Positions 26,470-42,367 of a DNA stretch of 64,000 bases are shown piece by piece (within the stretch, counting starts at the first letter, position 1; every line of letters starts with the position of its first letter). The notes beneath the pieces were generated by a model that saw nothing but the letters and a program-made list of their open reading frames with translations, ran no database searches and had not been told where the DNA came from. Position numbers and translations under genes: made by a program. The DNA is from the human T2T-CHM13v2.0 reference genome, Homo sapiens, in the NCBI RefSeq assembly GCF_009914755.1, contig NC_060935.1. One strand, written 5' to 3'.

Positions 26470-27060
26470 TATTACTAAAGTACTCAGTGAAGATCTTTGT
26501 ATTAATATTAGACAGTATCAGTGTCTCAACATGAAGAAATAAGGAATCTAGTGGAAAACACACAAAAGAACATTGACTTTAAAATACATAGTGACAAGAA
26601 AGGTGATGAATTGCACATGAGGCAAAGCACACAGAACAGGCACTAAACCAACTCTACAGTGAAAGCAGTGAATAATCACACCGATCTTTCAGAAGAATGT
26701 GCATGTGAAACTGAGGCTCCAAGTACCAGGAAGAGTTAGATGGATGTTGGAGAAATAGCAATCTGGACAGAGAAAGGATAATATGAGAGTGCAGGGCATA
26801 CTCAGGGAGCTATTAATATTGTGGGATCCTCATGGTAAACACTATGCATAAAATTTGGAAAAGAGGACACAAGCGCCAACACTGCAGCACTACATATAGC
26901 ATATGAAAATATTTAGATTTATCTTCAAGATGGTGGAGAAGCACTGAATAACTTGAAAAAAAGGAGTAAAATCATCCAATTAACATTTTAGAAGATATCT
27001 CACAAGAGTGTGGAGGATGAATTAAAAGGGCAAGAGATTAAAGGCAGAAAGTTAAAGTAG
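26470..27060 (-). mobile_element. L2 fragment
   Basis: tttagattttatcttcaagatggtggagaagcactgaa...acattttagaagat...gtgtggaggatgaatt. Confidence 0.65.
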
Positions 27061-28476
27061 TTCCACAAATACAACAGAATCAATCACAGTAATATCAGAG
27101 TGGTACATTTTTAAATCTTGTACCACTTTTTATATAAATTTACAGCATGGGAAAATATAAGTTGTGACTATAGAAAAATGTGACTTTTTAACAAATTAAT
27201 AATGACTTGGATATGCAAATAAATATGTGCTTCCAGGTAGTTATCTGTAATGTTCTTATTTTAACACTGTTATTTGCCACTCAAAATATATTTGTATCTC
27301 TTTTAAACTAGCTTTCAAAAGCCATTTGTAAGCCATACAAAAACTATGTTTTATTGCTTTTTAAAGTATTAAGTTGTTAATAGTAGATACTTGAACAAAA
27401 ATTTTATTTCCTTTCTTAATCTGACACCTTTTTAAAATAAATACCCTTGTCTCTTCCCTGAATTGAATGAAAGGAATGTGGGTACTTTCAGAGGAAAAAA
27501 AAAGACATATGACCTAAAATGTAGCAGTTCCCTTTAGGTGATTTATTAGGTTGCCTTTTTAATAAAGAATACGTACCATATTTTTTTTCTGGTTCAGCAC
27601 ATGTTCCATCACTCCCTCATCTACTCAATCAATTTACCTGCCTAAAACTTTATAGGTATTTGATTTGTTTTAGTTACACTACTTATCACCTTAGATTCTC
27701 TTCTAATAAAATAATTATCACATCTAACTTTCATATTTGCTGTGAGAATTCATTTGAGGATTTAAGATGATATGCTAAGAGTATTTAGCTTTGTGTCATC
27801 TTAAATAGCATTTTAGAAAAGTCATTGGTCAACCCAAGTGAGAGATATAAATAATCAAATGTAATTACTCAGGTTTCTAGATGACTCAAGTTGGTAATTT
27901 AGAGAAAAGAATCTCATAGCAAATGTATATTATAACATTAGTGTTATGCTACACAGAACCATATTTGAATGGTTCCTTCATAGCATAACAGGACCTCCAG
28001 GTATTTAATATGGGCATCATCATTATATATTTTACTTTGATGAAAAATTAAAATACTAGAATGTAAGACTTAATGTATCTTTACTTCAGTTAATATATTC
28101 ATACCAAAGAAAATTCCTCCTCACCCCTCAGAAATTGTACTAAAATACAGATCGATGAAATTTTCATTGTATCAGCTTACTTAGGATGAGACTTTTTAAT
28201 TTCAGCTTCTACTTCACCAATGTTACATTTACCTTCACAACATGTGTTAAAAATATCTCATGGATTATGTTGAGCAATATTCTAGCCTCATGACCTTTCC
28301 CATTATTCCTTGCTTTTATCCTTCCTTTACAACTCTGAGTCTACTATTTTTTTACTTAACAGTTGTAACCTTTGAGAATTTTCTTGTTCCAAAGAAATTA
28401 ACTCAATGTAGCTCTCAGGATGACATCAACCTAGGTATATTCTTTTGTCTTCATTAGAGCTACTTCATCAACTTAA

Positions 28477-28799
<323 letters not shown>

Positions 28800-29579
28800 A
28801 ACTTACATTTAATTTGCATCGACATATTATGTTCATGGAACTAGCAAAACTTCAAATTAGAAGAGACCTTACAAGGATAGACATCAAATTCAACCCTTAG
28901 AACTACAAAGAAGTGGACGCTTCTACATTTTACAGGTATGCCCCTTACACTTTTAAGTAGCTTCGACTTTTAGAAATATTGTTTATATTTAGTGTTAACT
29001 TTCCTTCTCTGATTTATGACAATTAATTGTAGTTCAATTAATAATATATGTATTAAATTTTATTTTATTAGGCTCTGAAGGTACTGAAATAAATGAGACA
29101 TATTCATCATAGATAATACAAGGTAGAGATAAAGAAAATCTACCAAATTTGTAAGGATAGAGGATACATGAAGGAAAAGTAGCAGGGTGATTTTGGAACA
29201 TGTAATTAACAGATTTAACCTAGTCTGAGTAATCATAAATTTGTGTTTAATATTACGTCTTCTCCACTAGACTAAACATTATGTAAGGAGAAAGACTTTT
29301 TTTAATCTCTGTATTTCTAGCATCTGTAAAACATCTGACTTTACAGTTGTATTTTTATTTTGTTACTTCTATTGTTCCATTCTGTCTAGATATTTTAAGA
29401 ACTTTTATGAGTTTATAATCTAATTCAACCTTGAATTATTTACAAATCAGGTTTTTAAAAAAAATCTAAGACAGCTATAAAAATTTCTCTTATTGTTCTA
29501 AATTTTTTTTAAAAAAAACTGATGTTGTGTGTGTGGTAGGTGGCTAGTGAGGAGGAAGAGAAGTTGAAAATTCTCTAGG

Positions 29580-30290
29580 TAAAATTGTGAAGCTGAGAGG
29601 ATTCCCATATACTCTCTTACCCAGTTTCTCCTGTCATTAGCATCTTACATTAAGATGGTACATTTTTTAAACTAATGAACCAATACTGGTATACTATTAT
29701 TAGCTAAATTTCCTTATTTATTCATTATAATTTACTTATTCCCTTAGTTCTGCCTAATGTCCTTTTTATTTTCCAGGATTCCATGTGAATCACAGCATTA
29801 CAATTAGTTATCTTGCTAAGATTTCTCTTGGCTGCGAGAGTTTCTCAGATTTGCTGATTCTTAAAGACCTTAAAAATTTTGAGAAATACTAGTTAAATAT
29901 TCTGCAGAAAGTCTCTCAACTGAATTACATATTTAGGGTGTGTGTATTCTGTGATTACAATGGTGTCATGGTTTTCTGGGAGAAAGACCATAGAGGTAAA
30001 ATACCAATGACATCACATTATATCATGGCTACATACTATCGCATGTATCGACATGACTCAGCACTTTGGATATTGACCTTGATCATCAGGGGTTAAAGTG
30101 ATATTTCTCAGACTTCTCTACTGCAAAGTTGCTGTTTTAATCTCTTCCATATTTACTCTTTGGAAGAATGTCATTATCTGTAGACTGTACAGGGAGTGGG
30201 AAGTTACACTCCACTTCTTTGAAGGCAGAGTATCTACATTAAGTTATTTGGAATTCTTCTGCATTAGAGATCTTTCTCTTCCCTCATAGG
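29580..30290 (-). mobile_element. L1MC/L1MD 3'UTR fragment
   Basis: ttcccatatac..cccagtttctcct..catcttacatta..ggtacattt; ttgaccttgatcatc; gggagtgggaagttacactccac. Confidence 0.75.
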
Positions 30291-30339
30291 TGGTGTTTTA
30301 ATATATCCTCTTTCAAAAATAATATCAAAAGATGTAATA

Positions 30340-32250
30340 TTACTAAATACACAGAATATGTAAACATTATTAACTCCTAGAATTAATTAATGTTTACAGA
30401 ACACTATATTTTACAACTGCAGAAAGAACACTTTTAAAAAAATACGCATAAAATACTCATTAAGATAGACTATAGACTGGGCTATAAAAAGAGTTTTTTC
30501 AAAATATTAAGTCATAGATAGCATGTTCTCTTAAGAATAACAGGTAATAACTACAGTGTTTTTTTTCAATATTTAAAGCCTAATCAACGTACTTTTAAAA
30601 ATGTGTGAAAGAACAATTGTAAAGTAAATCAGTACATATTTTCAACACAATAAAGATAACAGAACATATCAAGCATTTTGCACTGCAAGTAAGTATTGCT
30701 TAGAGGAAATCATATACCTTGAAATACATACATTAGGAAAGAAGAAAAGTTTTAAATAAACTGTCTAAATACCAAGAAACTTGAAAAATAAAATCACATT
30801 GAACCTAAAGTGAGTAGAAAGATGAAAATAATTAAAAGCAGAAATTAAAAAAAATAGAAAAACAAAAAAAAACAAGGAAAGTTAGCAAAACCAGTTGTTT
30901 TTTCAAAAAGATGAATATCACTAAAATCATTAAAAAGCCAATAAAAGAAAATATAAGTTACTGAGATCAGAGATGAGAGAAAATTATGACAGATTAAAAA
31001 TAAAAGGAAAATAATGGGATATTATCATAAACTTGATGCCAATGTACTTTTAAATGATGAAATAAGCAAATACCTTAAAATAAAGTATCAAAAGAAAAAT
31101 AAAAACATTTAATAGCAAGTAACTTTCTCTATATTAAACAGACAGAATTTGTAATTTGTAAAAAAAAATCCAGTGAGAAAACTCTTAAGCCCAGATGGCT
31201 TCAGTGGAGACTATTAACACATATTTAAGAAGAAACTTAAAAAAATTGATTAACTGACAGAGTCAGCATATTAAAAATGTATTTTTCTAAAGATGCTGCT
31301 AACAGACTAAAATGGAAATCACTGATGAGAAGAAAAATATTAGCAATATATATATGCCTGGCAAATAATGTATGTCTAAAATATACAATAAATGTTATGA
31401 ATCAATAATAAGATAACAAATCAATAGTAAAATGGGCAAAAGATTTAAGCAGTACATCTTAGAAGGAACTGTAAGAATAACTAATAAAAAAAAGTTAAAG
31501 ATGCTGCATAATATTAGTCCTTAAAATTGAAAATTTAATCCAGAATTAGATGAAAATACACACTGCTAGAATGGCTAAAATTAAGTAGTACATCAATGCC
31601 AAGTTTTGTCAAAGAAATGGGGCCATTATTGTTCTCATATATTGTTAGCTGGAATATAAAATGGTACAAAAACTTGGAAAACAGTAAATAACATTAAACA
31701 TAGACTCATGTCTTGACCTGGTAATTACATTTCTTGGTATCGGCCAGGAGATATGAAAACATGTCCAAACCAACATGTGCATGAAAGTTTCTAAAAGTTT
31801 TATTCATAATAATGCTAAACTAGAAATCACTCTAATGTTCATCAACAAGTGGCTAGATAAAAAATAAGATATATCCATACAATGGGACATTACCTGTCAA
31901 TAATAAAAACAAGCTGCCAATACATACAATCTTATGGATTAGAACAACATTTCTACCCTGAGCAAAGGAAACTAAACCCAAAAGCGCATATAATATATAA
32001 TTCCATTCATGCAAATTCTATGAAAGAGAAATAAAATTTATAATAAGAAAACATTTTAATGTATGCCTGGGACATGGGCAGGCAGTAGTGATTATAAATG
32101 TGCGTAATACAAAGTTTTAATGATGGAAATATACTCTATGTTGATTCTCATCGTGATTAAATGGGCACAAGCATTTAACAAACTTGATTTGTACACTTAA
32201 AATTAGTGCATTTTGTTTTGTGTAAATTATACATCAATAAAGATATTCAA
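30340..32250 (+). mobile_element. Old L1M (L1ME-like) ORF2 (internally deleted near 31250) plus 3' end
   Basis: gcccagatggcttcagtgg then jump to C-terminal region; ends tgtaaattatacatcaataaag. Confidence 0.78.
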
Positions 32251-32904
32251 AATACACGTCATTACAAAGTTAAGAAGTAATTTTTACAGTTACTTCTTGT
32301 GTATACATCTTTAACATACATGGAAGTATTTTCTAAAGTAAATTACTAGAAGTGAAACCTACCATATAGCAGATTTTTGCACATTTTAATAATGTAAATT
32401 TACTCCCCCTAAAGCATTATGGATACAGGTAGTCTGTTTTGTAAAACTTAGCCTTTTAATCTTTGTCTCTTAATTGGAATATTTAATTTATTTACATTTA
32501 ATACAATATCTGGCATATTTAGACTTACTATTCTATATTACCATTTGTTTTATATTTGCCCTGAATGTTTTATGTTTCCTTTCTTCTTTTTTCTCCATTT
32601 GTTGGTTTTATTATATATTCATATTATTTATTATCTGAGACAAATTTCTGATATCACCTAGCTATTCTTTTAGTTGTTACTCTAAAGCTTATAGAATATA
32701 TCTTTTAGCTATTAAATTTCAATATAAATTATTAATTTTATCATTTTCCAGAATCTGCAAAGATTTTAGTGTGCTCAATGTTTTAACTGGAAAATTTTCT
32801 TCTGGTCTATATTCCAGTTCAATGATTCTTTACCTAGCCTTTTCTAATCTACTGTTAAATCTATTCATTGATTTCTTAACATTTTATTTCATTTTAAAGT
32901 TTTA

Positions 32905-33121
32905 GGCTGGACACAGTGGCTCATGCTGTAATCCCAGCACTTTAGGAGGCCAAGGCGTGCAGATTGCTTGAGCTCAGGAGTTTGAGACCAGCCTGGGCAA
33001 CATGGCAAAACCTGTTCTCTATAAAAAATAGAAAAATTAGCCGCGTGTGGTGGTCCCAGCTATTCAGGAGGCTGAGGTGAGAGGATCTTTGAGCCCAGGA
33101 GGTGGAGATTGGAGTGAGTCG
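32905..33121 (+). mobile_element. AluJ, 3'-truncated
   Basis: gattgcttgagctcaggagtttgagaccagcctgggcaacatgg AluJ diagnostics. Confidence 0.88.
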
Positions 33122-33647
33122 AAAAAATTTAATATGCCTATTATAACCCTTTCCATGTTTTAAAATTATAACTGAAGTTTTCACCGAGAAACTTTTCTAT
33201 AGCAATTATGTTTCTAAACTCATCTCCTACAATTCTTCTAAACTACAAATAAAAGCTCATTCAACTTGCCATCGCCCAAAGATGCTTAGAGATTTTCCAT
33301 GTCTTAACCTTGGTGGATATGTTTCTGTCCTCTGATTTATTAAAACATTTCCTATCTTTCAAGTTACAGGTGAAACTTGGCCTTCTACACAAAACAGTCC
33401 TAATCTGAAGATATATATTTTGCAAGACTGAAGATATATTATTCAAGACTTTTTCTAGCACTGTTATTTATTCATACACATTATATATTGTATTTTGGAG
33501 TGTGTGTATATGTGTTTGTGCATTATTTTATGTATATCAAAAGCTTTGTCAAATCAGGGAAAGCTCATGTTCTTTGGCATTATCCAGTACAGATAGCACA
33601 GTGTCTTACCTATATTTACAATAAATATAAGCTATGAATAAGACTAT

Positions 33648-33880
33648 GGAGAGGTAGCATTAACTAGTAGAAAGACTATGAAAGCTAAATATCAATTTAA
33701 GAAATGCTTCAAATCTCAATTATTCTACTTAATAACTGTGTGATATTGAACAACTTAAGCTGAGACTCAGTTTCTTATATATAATTTTGTAATATTAATA
33801 TCTATTTTGCAAATTATTAATAATATCTAATTGAAAAATGCATACAAAACACTCATGCCAACATAATGAACGTTAACATT
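33648..33880 (+). mobile_element. MIR
   Basis: ttcaaatctcaa...acttaataactgtgtgatattgaacaa..ctgagactcagtttctt core. Confidence 0.7.
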
Positions 33881-34559
33881 AGTTTATATGTTCATAGACC
33901 TTTGCTTCCATAGTCAAATGTTCAAGTGTTTCTGACAAAAATTTATAGATTGCTTTTTGGTGATATTATTCCAAGTTTAGGTTATACCAAGGCATGCTGG
34001 TGAGTAAGTACTCAAGTAAATATTGAAAAGAAAATGCAGACATTAACAGCATTTGAAATTTCCCCTTTATTCTCAAAAAACACATAATATCGTTATTATA
34101 TGAATGAATGGGATCAGGATGCACAGTAACATATCTTCACAACTTTCAGTAGTTTGACTGGGTAGTATTTTGGGGAAAGTATAGAACAAACCAGGTTATA
34201 TCCTACTACTCTGCCTCACTTTCCAAACAAATGTCTTTCCTTTAGTCTTGGAAATTATTTCATGTGAAAAATAAAAAGACTTGTAAAGATCTCATTTGGC
34301 CATTTCTTTCTTGGCTAGAACATTTCTGACATTTCAATATTTTCTCACTTTCTATAATTTGAGAAAAAAATATTTTATATAAATTTTTGTTTGTCTGGCA
34401 ACTTTCCTGCTACTACCTAAAGACTCTGCAAAACAACAATAACCATGGATGACAGTTTACACCATAACTCCACCAACCCATTTGGAATATTCTACCATCT
34501 GGTAGAAGCTTCTTTGCTTTTACCTTTAGGGGCCTGAGCTTTGTCAAATGGGTTCCTAG

Positions 34560-34685
34560 TCTTTTCTTGAGAACAGGAACTGTGTTCAAGCACAAACCTA
34601 GCCCCAGAAAACAGTTAGGCCAGCATAAATGTTGTTTATCCAAGGAAAAATAAATACATAAATGAGTGAACAAATGAGTGAATAG
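34560..34685 (+). mobile_element. L2 3' end
   Basis: cttgagaacaggaactgtgt...ataaatgttgtt...aaatgagtgaa. Confidence 0.55.
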
Positions 34686-35799
34686 TAAGAGATTTCTGAT
34701 CTCTAGAAAATGTATTTAAAAAGTGAGACAGTTTGGATTTTTCTGAACTTATCTATTAATTAAGAGAACAATATTAACTTAATATGTGTATACTATATAA
34801 TATACTACAAATGTATCCTTACCACTTATTTAATGTAAGCCCCTGAGCCACTCTATGACATAAGACTTTGCTATTATTTAACTAACCTACAGATGAGAAA
34901 AATGTAACAAACAGAGATATAACTAATTAAGGGAAGCTTGTAAGTAAAGGAGGGGCTGCCCAGTGGATTGAGTCCCTTGAAATAACTTCCTGCACCACTC
35001 AATATAACATTACATAAATTAAATCCTCTTTATCATCTTGTTCCTATGCTGACTCCATAGAACTAAGTCCCATGTCCTGTCTGATTAGCCTCTTCTCTTG
35101 TACTGGAGACCTTGGAGATCTATATGATTTAAAGGAATGTTTGACTGGGTTTCATCACCTGTAGTCTTCTATTTTCAAGTTTCATGTCTTTTCCCAAGAA
35201 GAGAGTGATTTCCTTAAGACAAGGACTGACATGCTTTTTCTAGTACAGAGAATAAAGAAGCTTTAATAAGGATATGCATATATTCAAAAAAGTCAAATTC
35301 TACATCAAGAATGTAAAAACAAAACTTAATTTAGTGAAGAGGAGTTGATGGAAAGTGCTCTGAATAGCATTCATTGATATCCCTAAATCAAACTGTGTTA
35401 ATGACTTTTTTGCAGAAATGTAGCTGGGTAAACACATATGCACATTTCTGAGATGTCTATATTTACAATATTTAATATAATGCAGCGCCAAAATATTGTG
35501 AACACTTATTTTGTGGTTAACTCAATTACTCAAATGGTATTTTTTGACTATCTAGGATGAACATATCAGCCCTGATATTAAAGGGAAAAAACATACTATA
35601 TATCTCAAGAATTGTGTGTTACTTTCACATAAATAATTTGTCTTCCCAAATTAGCAAATAAAAGGTAAAAATAAAGAAAATTAGTCCAAAATATAAAAGA
35701 CTATGGAGAGTGGATATTCTTTGTGTTTATGGATTAGAGATTTATCATTTGGTAGAGAAAATAATTCTCAGAGCCTTCAAGTACTCTACATAAACCAGT

Positions 35800-36160
35800 A
35801 ATTTTACCCTAATCACCTAGAATATTCCCTTTTCTCACGCTTTAAAAAGACCTTTTAAAGTCATCCTTTCTTCTCAAACACACCTTTTTCCAACCAGCAA
35901 TAACTTTGCTTCACACATAATTGAAAAATGTAGATGTAAGCAGAGGGGAATATTTTTTGTCTTCATTTAATTAATTGTTAATCTTCTAGTGTCTATAAAC
36001 TATCCACACATATTGCTTTTCTTCTAGTCGCCAGAAATTCTGCTTTTGTACTCTACCTGGGCTCCATGAACAATACAAAAATTTCTACTTACCATTTCCA
36101 CTATTAGAAACCCAGGTCAAGCTACCATCATTTCTTTCTTGGACTACTGCAAAAGATCTA
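35800..36160 (+). mobile_element. L2 fragment
   Basis: actttgcttcacacataattgaaaaa; ccaggtcaagctaccatcattt...tggactactgcaa. Confidence 0.6.
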
Positions 36161-37566
36161 ATTGAGGACAGGCTTTAAGGTGGCTGACTAGATACATCTT
36201 GCGCATATCCACAAACAAGAACCTAAACAGTGAGTAGAAAATCACACTTTGAATATATCATCTAATTAAGAAAACTGGAATTCAACAAAGAAGTGATAAG
36301 ACACACGTAAAAGAGAGAAGGAAGCAAGAAAAGAGGAAAGTGAGGGAAGCAAGGTCACCTGATTGGCCATGATTGGCTGGGAACCTGGAGAGACTTCCCA
36401 ATATGAGGAAAGGTTAAATGAGAGATACCCAACTAGTCCATATTTTCACCATGGATTCCTACAATGCTAGCCACAGGAGAGCCACTTGATCCTCACTGGC
36501 CCTGAAACTAACATAGAAAGCTGCCTGGAGATGGTACAATGATTCTACTCCAGAGAGGAAGTTTACTCTGGATTCCACAGACCCTTCCAGCCCTAAGCAG
36601 CTATAGCAAGGTGCCATTTTGAGAACCAAGCCCCCAGTAGACTGCACCTTGCTAGAGGGCTTAACCACACCTGCATCTCCATATCCCTGGAGCTCCACTG
36701 ACAACCCCTGTCTGCAACCACTGCTGTGGCTGGCTGCTATCACTGAAGCCAAAGCACAGGCCACTGGTGGTGACCCCACTACCTCCAGAAGAGGAGCCAC
36801 TACACATATTCACAATCCCAGGGTCCCCCGCCCTCAGCTGCCTTCACTGTGGACTGCTGCTGCCAGAGCTAAACTGTGAGGAAAGCCTGAGCTACTGCTG
36901 CCTGGACTGAAGCACAAGTAAAGCGCATGTTTACACTCATTTGCATACTGTTACCGCACTGAAAGCAACCCCACCCTCCCCAGTGGTAGGCTGCAGCACA
37001 GGTACTGCAGTCCCCACTCAGGAATTCCACTGGGGGGCTGAGGATCACTTCACTTCTGCCTATTACAGCCAGCATGTGCACACACTATTGGAAGGCCTAA
37101 GGACAAGGTAATCTGGCCTGGCTTTGCCCCATACCCCCAATGCCAGAGCACGAGGTCCTGTGGCCTGAGGATTTCCCAGCCCAGTTTATCATTATTGGTA
37201 TCTGAGCCCTTCTCCTGGAGTTCTGAGGTTGAGCTGGCCCACACTACTGCTACCACCACAGCTGGCACCTACCTGCACATGCTGGAAACTGGTCCACCCA
37301 GACCATTACAGCCACTGCCAACAGCAGTGTGCAACACTTGGAACCCAGAGGGTTGTCCTGACACTGCTACCGCATTGCCCATACCACATCTGCTATCCAA
37401 ATGCCCTGTTGACTGCTGCCAATAATGTCATCTGAGAAAGCCACTTGAAGGCCAAGAATAGACCCACCTGGATCCAATAACACTGGTGCCAGCATATGTA
37501 GCTCTAGGGCCAAAGGACTATCATGCTCAGCAAATTGATGCCACCACAAAGGCTATAAAACTGCCC

Positions 37567-37720
37567 CAACTGACATCCCAGTCCCAAACAAAACTTTATT
37601 AATGCCTCTACTAATAACTGCACCCTAAGCCATCAAGGATATCCAACTGACATCCCAGTCCCAAACACAACTTTATTACTGCCTCTACTAATAACTGCAC
37701 CCTAAGCCATCAAGGATATC
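37567..37720. repeat. 77-bp tandem duplication (2 copies, 2 mismatches)
   Basis: caactgacatcccagtcc...catcaaggatatc at 37567-37643 and 37644-37720. Confidence 0.95.
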
Positions 37721-40700
37721 ACAAACATTTCTGATGTTGTTTATAACTGAAGAAATTATATACAGAGATTACTCTACTGCAGGAACTCAGAATCAAAGTA
37801 AAAGTGCCCTACCCAACAAACATGATAGATCCATCTTTAGAAAAATGCCTTACAAAAGCAAATTTAAAAAGTTGGAAGAAGTAACTTTAACACTGGATGC
37901 ACACATATCAATGTAATGACAGAGGACCCATGAAAAAAAAAATATATGACACCTCCAAAGGAACAGAGTAATTCTCTAGCAATACACACCAATTAAAAAG
38001 AAATTTACAAAATCTTGGAGAAAGAGTTTAAAATATTGATTTTAAAGAAGTTTAGTGAGTTGTAAGACAATACTAAAAAACAATACAAAAAATCAGAAAA
38101 CAATTTAGAATTTAAATGAGAAATTTACCAAAGAGATAGAGTTTTTTAAATAACCAAATAGAAATTCTGGAACTAAATAACTCATTGAATTATATATAAA
38201 ATACATCTGCAAGCTTCAACAACAGACTAGATCAAGCCAAAAAAAAAATCAGAAATTGAAGACAAGCCTCTTGAAATAACCCAGTCAGACAAAAGTAAAT
38301 AGAATTTTTAAAAATAGAAGTATAGTTTATAAGACATATGGGACACCATAAAGTGAACAAATTTTCAAATTTTCAGGTTCCCATAAGATAGAGAACAAAA
38401 GGATTAGAAAACCCACTTTTAAAATAATAGATGAAAACTTCTGAGGTCTAGCAAGAGATTTGGACATCCATATACAGCAGGCTCAGATATTCCCAAATAG
38501 TAAAATGCAAAGAGGTCTTCTTTATGGTATGTTTTGACAAACTGCAAAAATCAAATAAGTCTAAAAACAGCAGGAGAACAGTGTCTAGTCACTTGTAAAG
38601 AAAGCTTTATCAGCCTAACAGTGGATTTCTCAGCAGAAATTATACAGACCAGGAGAGAATGGAATTATATGTGCAAAATGCTGAAAGAAAACCTGGTAGC
38701 CAGGGATACTATACAGAGAAAGATTATCCTTCATAAATGAGGGAGAAATAAAGTATTTTCCAGACAAGCAAAAGTTGAGGGTATTCATCACCACTAGACT
38801 GACCCAATAAGATATGTATAAGGGAGGCCTACACTTGGAAACAAAGATTGTTGTGTATCATCATGAAAATGTAAAAACCACTGGTAGAGCAAACACACAG
38901 ACAAGGAAAGTATTTAAGTGCTATCTCTACAGAAAACCAACAAATCAGAATGACAAACAAGAAGAGGGAAATAACAGAGAATAAATTAATAAAATGATAA
39001 GAATAATCTTCCACATATCAGTAATAACTTTGAATGTAAATAAATTAAAATTTCTACTTAGAAGTTGTAGACTGGCTGAATGGAAAAAAAACAAAAAACA
39101 AAACAAAAACATGATCCAACTGTATGCTGCCTACAAGAAACTCATATCACCTGTAAAGACACATACATTTACAGTAGTCATGTGAAAAGATTTCCCATGA
39201 TAAAATAAACCAAAAGTGAGCAGGAATAATTATACTTGCATCACATAAAACAGACTTCAGTATAGCCAGTGAAGAGGAAAAGATTATCATTAGATAACGA
39301 TAGAAGGATCAACTCAGTAGGAGGTATCACAATTCTTAACATATATCCACCAACATCAGATAATTTGTATATATATAACAAATATATTTAAAGGGAGAGA
39401 TCGATAGATAGACTCCAATACAATTATTGCTGGGAAATTCAAATCACCCTCAGCACTAAACAAAGAAAATTAAACAAAAAATTGACAAGAAACATTTGAT
39501 TTAAACAGCCCATTAGACCAAATGGACCTAACAGACATTTACAGAACATTTCATTCAACAGTGACAAAATACGCCTTTTTCTCATTGGAATATGGAACAT
39601 TCTCAAGGATAGACCATATGTTAGGACACAAATCAAGTGCCAAAAAATTTTAAAAATAAAAATTATAATCAAGTATATTCTCAGAAAACAATGGAATAAA
39701 ACAAGAAATCAAGCACAAGAGGAATTTTGGAAATTCTACAAATCCTTGAAAATTAAACGACATGTTCCTCAATGACCATTTGGTCAAGAAATAAAGAGGA
39801 AGTCAAGAAGCTTTTTGAAACCAATGAAAATAAAAACCCATTGTACTAAAACCTGTGGGATTCAGCAAAAACAATTTTAAAAGGGAAGTTTATGCCAGTA
39901 AGTGCCCACATTGAAAAAGTCAAAAGATTTCAAATAAGCAATGTAATGATTTACCGTGAAGTACTAGAAAAGCAAGAATGATCCATACCCAATATTAGCT
40001 AATAAAATAAATAATGATGATCAGAAGATAACTACATGAAATAAAGACTAAAATAACAATACAAAGAATCTACAAAATGAAAAGTTGATTTTTTGAAGTC
40101 AAACAAAATTAATAAACCACCAGCTAGAATAAGGAAAAAAGAGAGAGGACAAATAAATTTAGAAATAAAAAAGAAGACAACTGATACCACAAAAATGCAA
40201 GAGGGTATCAGAGATTACTATGAACAACTATGCACTAAAATACTTGAAAACCCAGAGGAAATAAAATATTTCGGAACACATACAATCTACTAAGACCAAA
40301 TCAGGAAGAAATAGGAAGCCTGAAGGGACCAGTAACAAGGAAGATCAAAACAGTAATAAAAGATCCGTCATCAAAGAAAAGTACAGCAGTGGATAGACTT
40401 GCTGCTGAATTCTACCAAACTTTGAAAAAATAACTAACACCAATGATTCTTACACTATTCAAAATAATTCAAGAGGCGAACATTCTCCTTAAATAATTCT
40501 ATGAGGCTATAATTACCCTGATACAAAAATCAGAGAGGTATGCAACAAAAAAAGAAAACTACAGGCCAATATTCCTGATGAACATAGACACAAAAATACC
40601 TCAAGAAAACATTAGCAAACTGCATCTCATAGCACATAAAAATATACAAAATGATACAATGGAATTGATTTACGGGGTGTAAAGATAACTCAACATGTAC

Positions 40701-42367
40701 AAATCAATAAATGTGATACATCAACAGAATGAAGTTTTAAATACAAAAATTATCTAATCATTTCAATAGATGTAAAAAAAGCATTTCATAAAATTCATAA
40801 TCTCTTCATGATAAAAACTCTTGACAAACTAGATATAGAAGGAATATACCTAAACATAATAAAGGCTATTTATAACAAACCAAGAGCTATCATAATACTT
40901 AATGGGGGAAAAGCTGAAAGCCTTTTTTTCTAAGAACTGGAACATGACAAGGATTCCCATTTTAACCCATTCCTATTCAACATAGTACTAGAAGGCCTAG
41001 CTAGAGCAAGCAAGTATGATAATCAAATAAAAGGCATCCAGATATGAAAAGAGGAAGTCAAACTATCTGTTTTATCATTGTCTCATCTTATGTCTTGGAA
41101 TACCTAAAGATGACAATAAAAACTTTTAGACCTAGCAAATTTAGTAAAATTGCAGGATACAATATTATTATACAAAAATCTATAGCATTTATATACACCA
41201 ATAATAAGCTGAAAAACATTCAAGAAAGCAATTCTATTGACAATGGTGACAAAAATTAAAATAACTGGAAATAAATTTAAGCAAGGAGGTACAATATTTC
41301 TACAAGGAAACCTACAATGCATTGATGAAGTAAATTGAAGCTGACACAAACAAATGGAAAACATAGCATGCTTATGAATAGAAAGAATTAATATTGTTAA
41401 AATGACCACACTCCCCAAAGCAATCTGTAAATTCACTGCAATCAATACCTGTCAAAATACCAATGTCATTTTTCAAAGAATTAGAAAAAAAATTCTAAAA
41501 TTTTTACAGATCCAAAAAAAGGAGCCCAAATAGTGAAAGCTATTCTAAGCAAAAAGAACAAAGCTGGAGGAATCACACTATCTGAATTCAAAATATAAGA
41601 GCATGGTAGCAAAAACAGTATGGTATTGGTATAAAAACAGACACATAGACCAATGGAACAGAATAGAGCAACCAGAAATATATCTACTTATTTACAGCCA
41701 ACTGGTTTCCAACAAAGGCAACAAGAACATACATTAAGGAAAAGACACCTTCTTCAATAAATGGTGCTGGGAAAATTGAATGTCTTTATGCAGAATGAAA
41801 CTAGACGCCTATCTCTCACCATACACAAAAACCAACTCCGGATGGATTAAAGGTTTAAATTTGAGACTCGAAAGTATGAAGCTACTAGAATAAAACATAG
41901 AGGAAACACTTTAGAACATTGATCTAGAAAAATATTTACGAGTAAGGCCTCAGAAACAGACAATAAAAGCAAATATAGACAAATGAAACTATTTTAAAGT
42001 AAAAAGCTTCTGCACAGCAAAGGAAACAATCAACAGAGTGAAGAGAACCTACAGAATGGGAGAAAATATTTGCAAACTCTTTATCTAATTATGGGATTTT
42101 AAGTAGAATATACGAGTAACTTAACCAGCTCAGCAGTGAATAAACCAAATGATTGCATTAAAAGTGGGCAGAGACATGAATAAACATTTCTAGAAATAAG
42201 ACATACAAATGACCAACAGGTATATGAAAAAATGCCCACCCTCACTACTCATCAGAGAAATACAGTTCAAACCACAATGAGATATCATTTTACCCCAGTT
42301 AGAATGGCTTTTATTAGAAAGAGAAAAAGTAACAAATACTGGAGAGGATGTGGAGAAATGAATTCTT

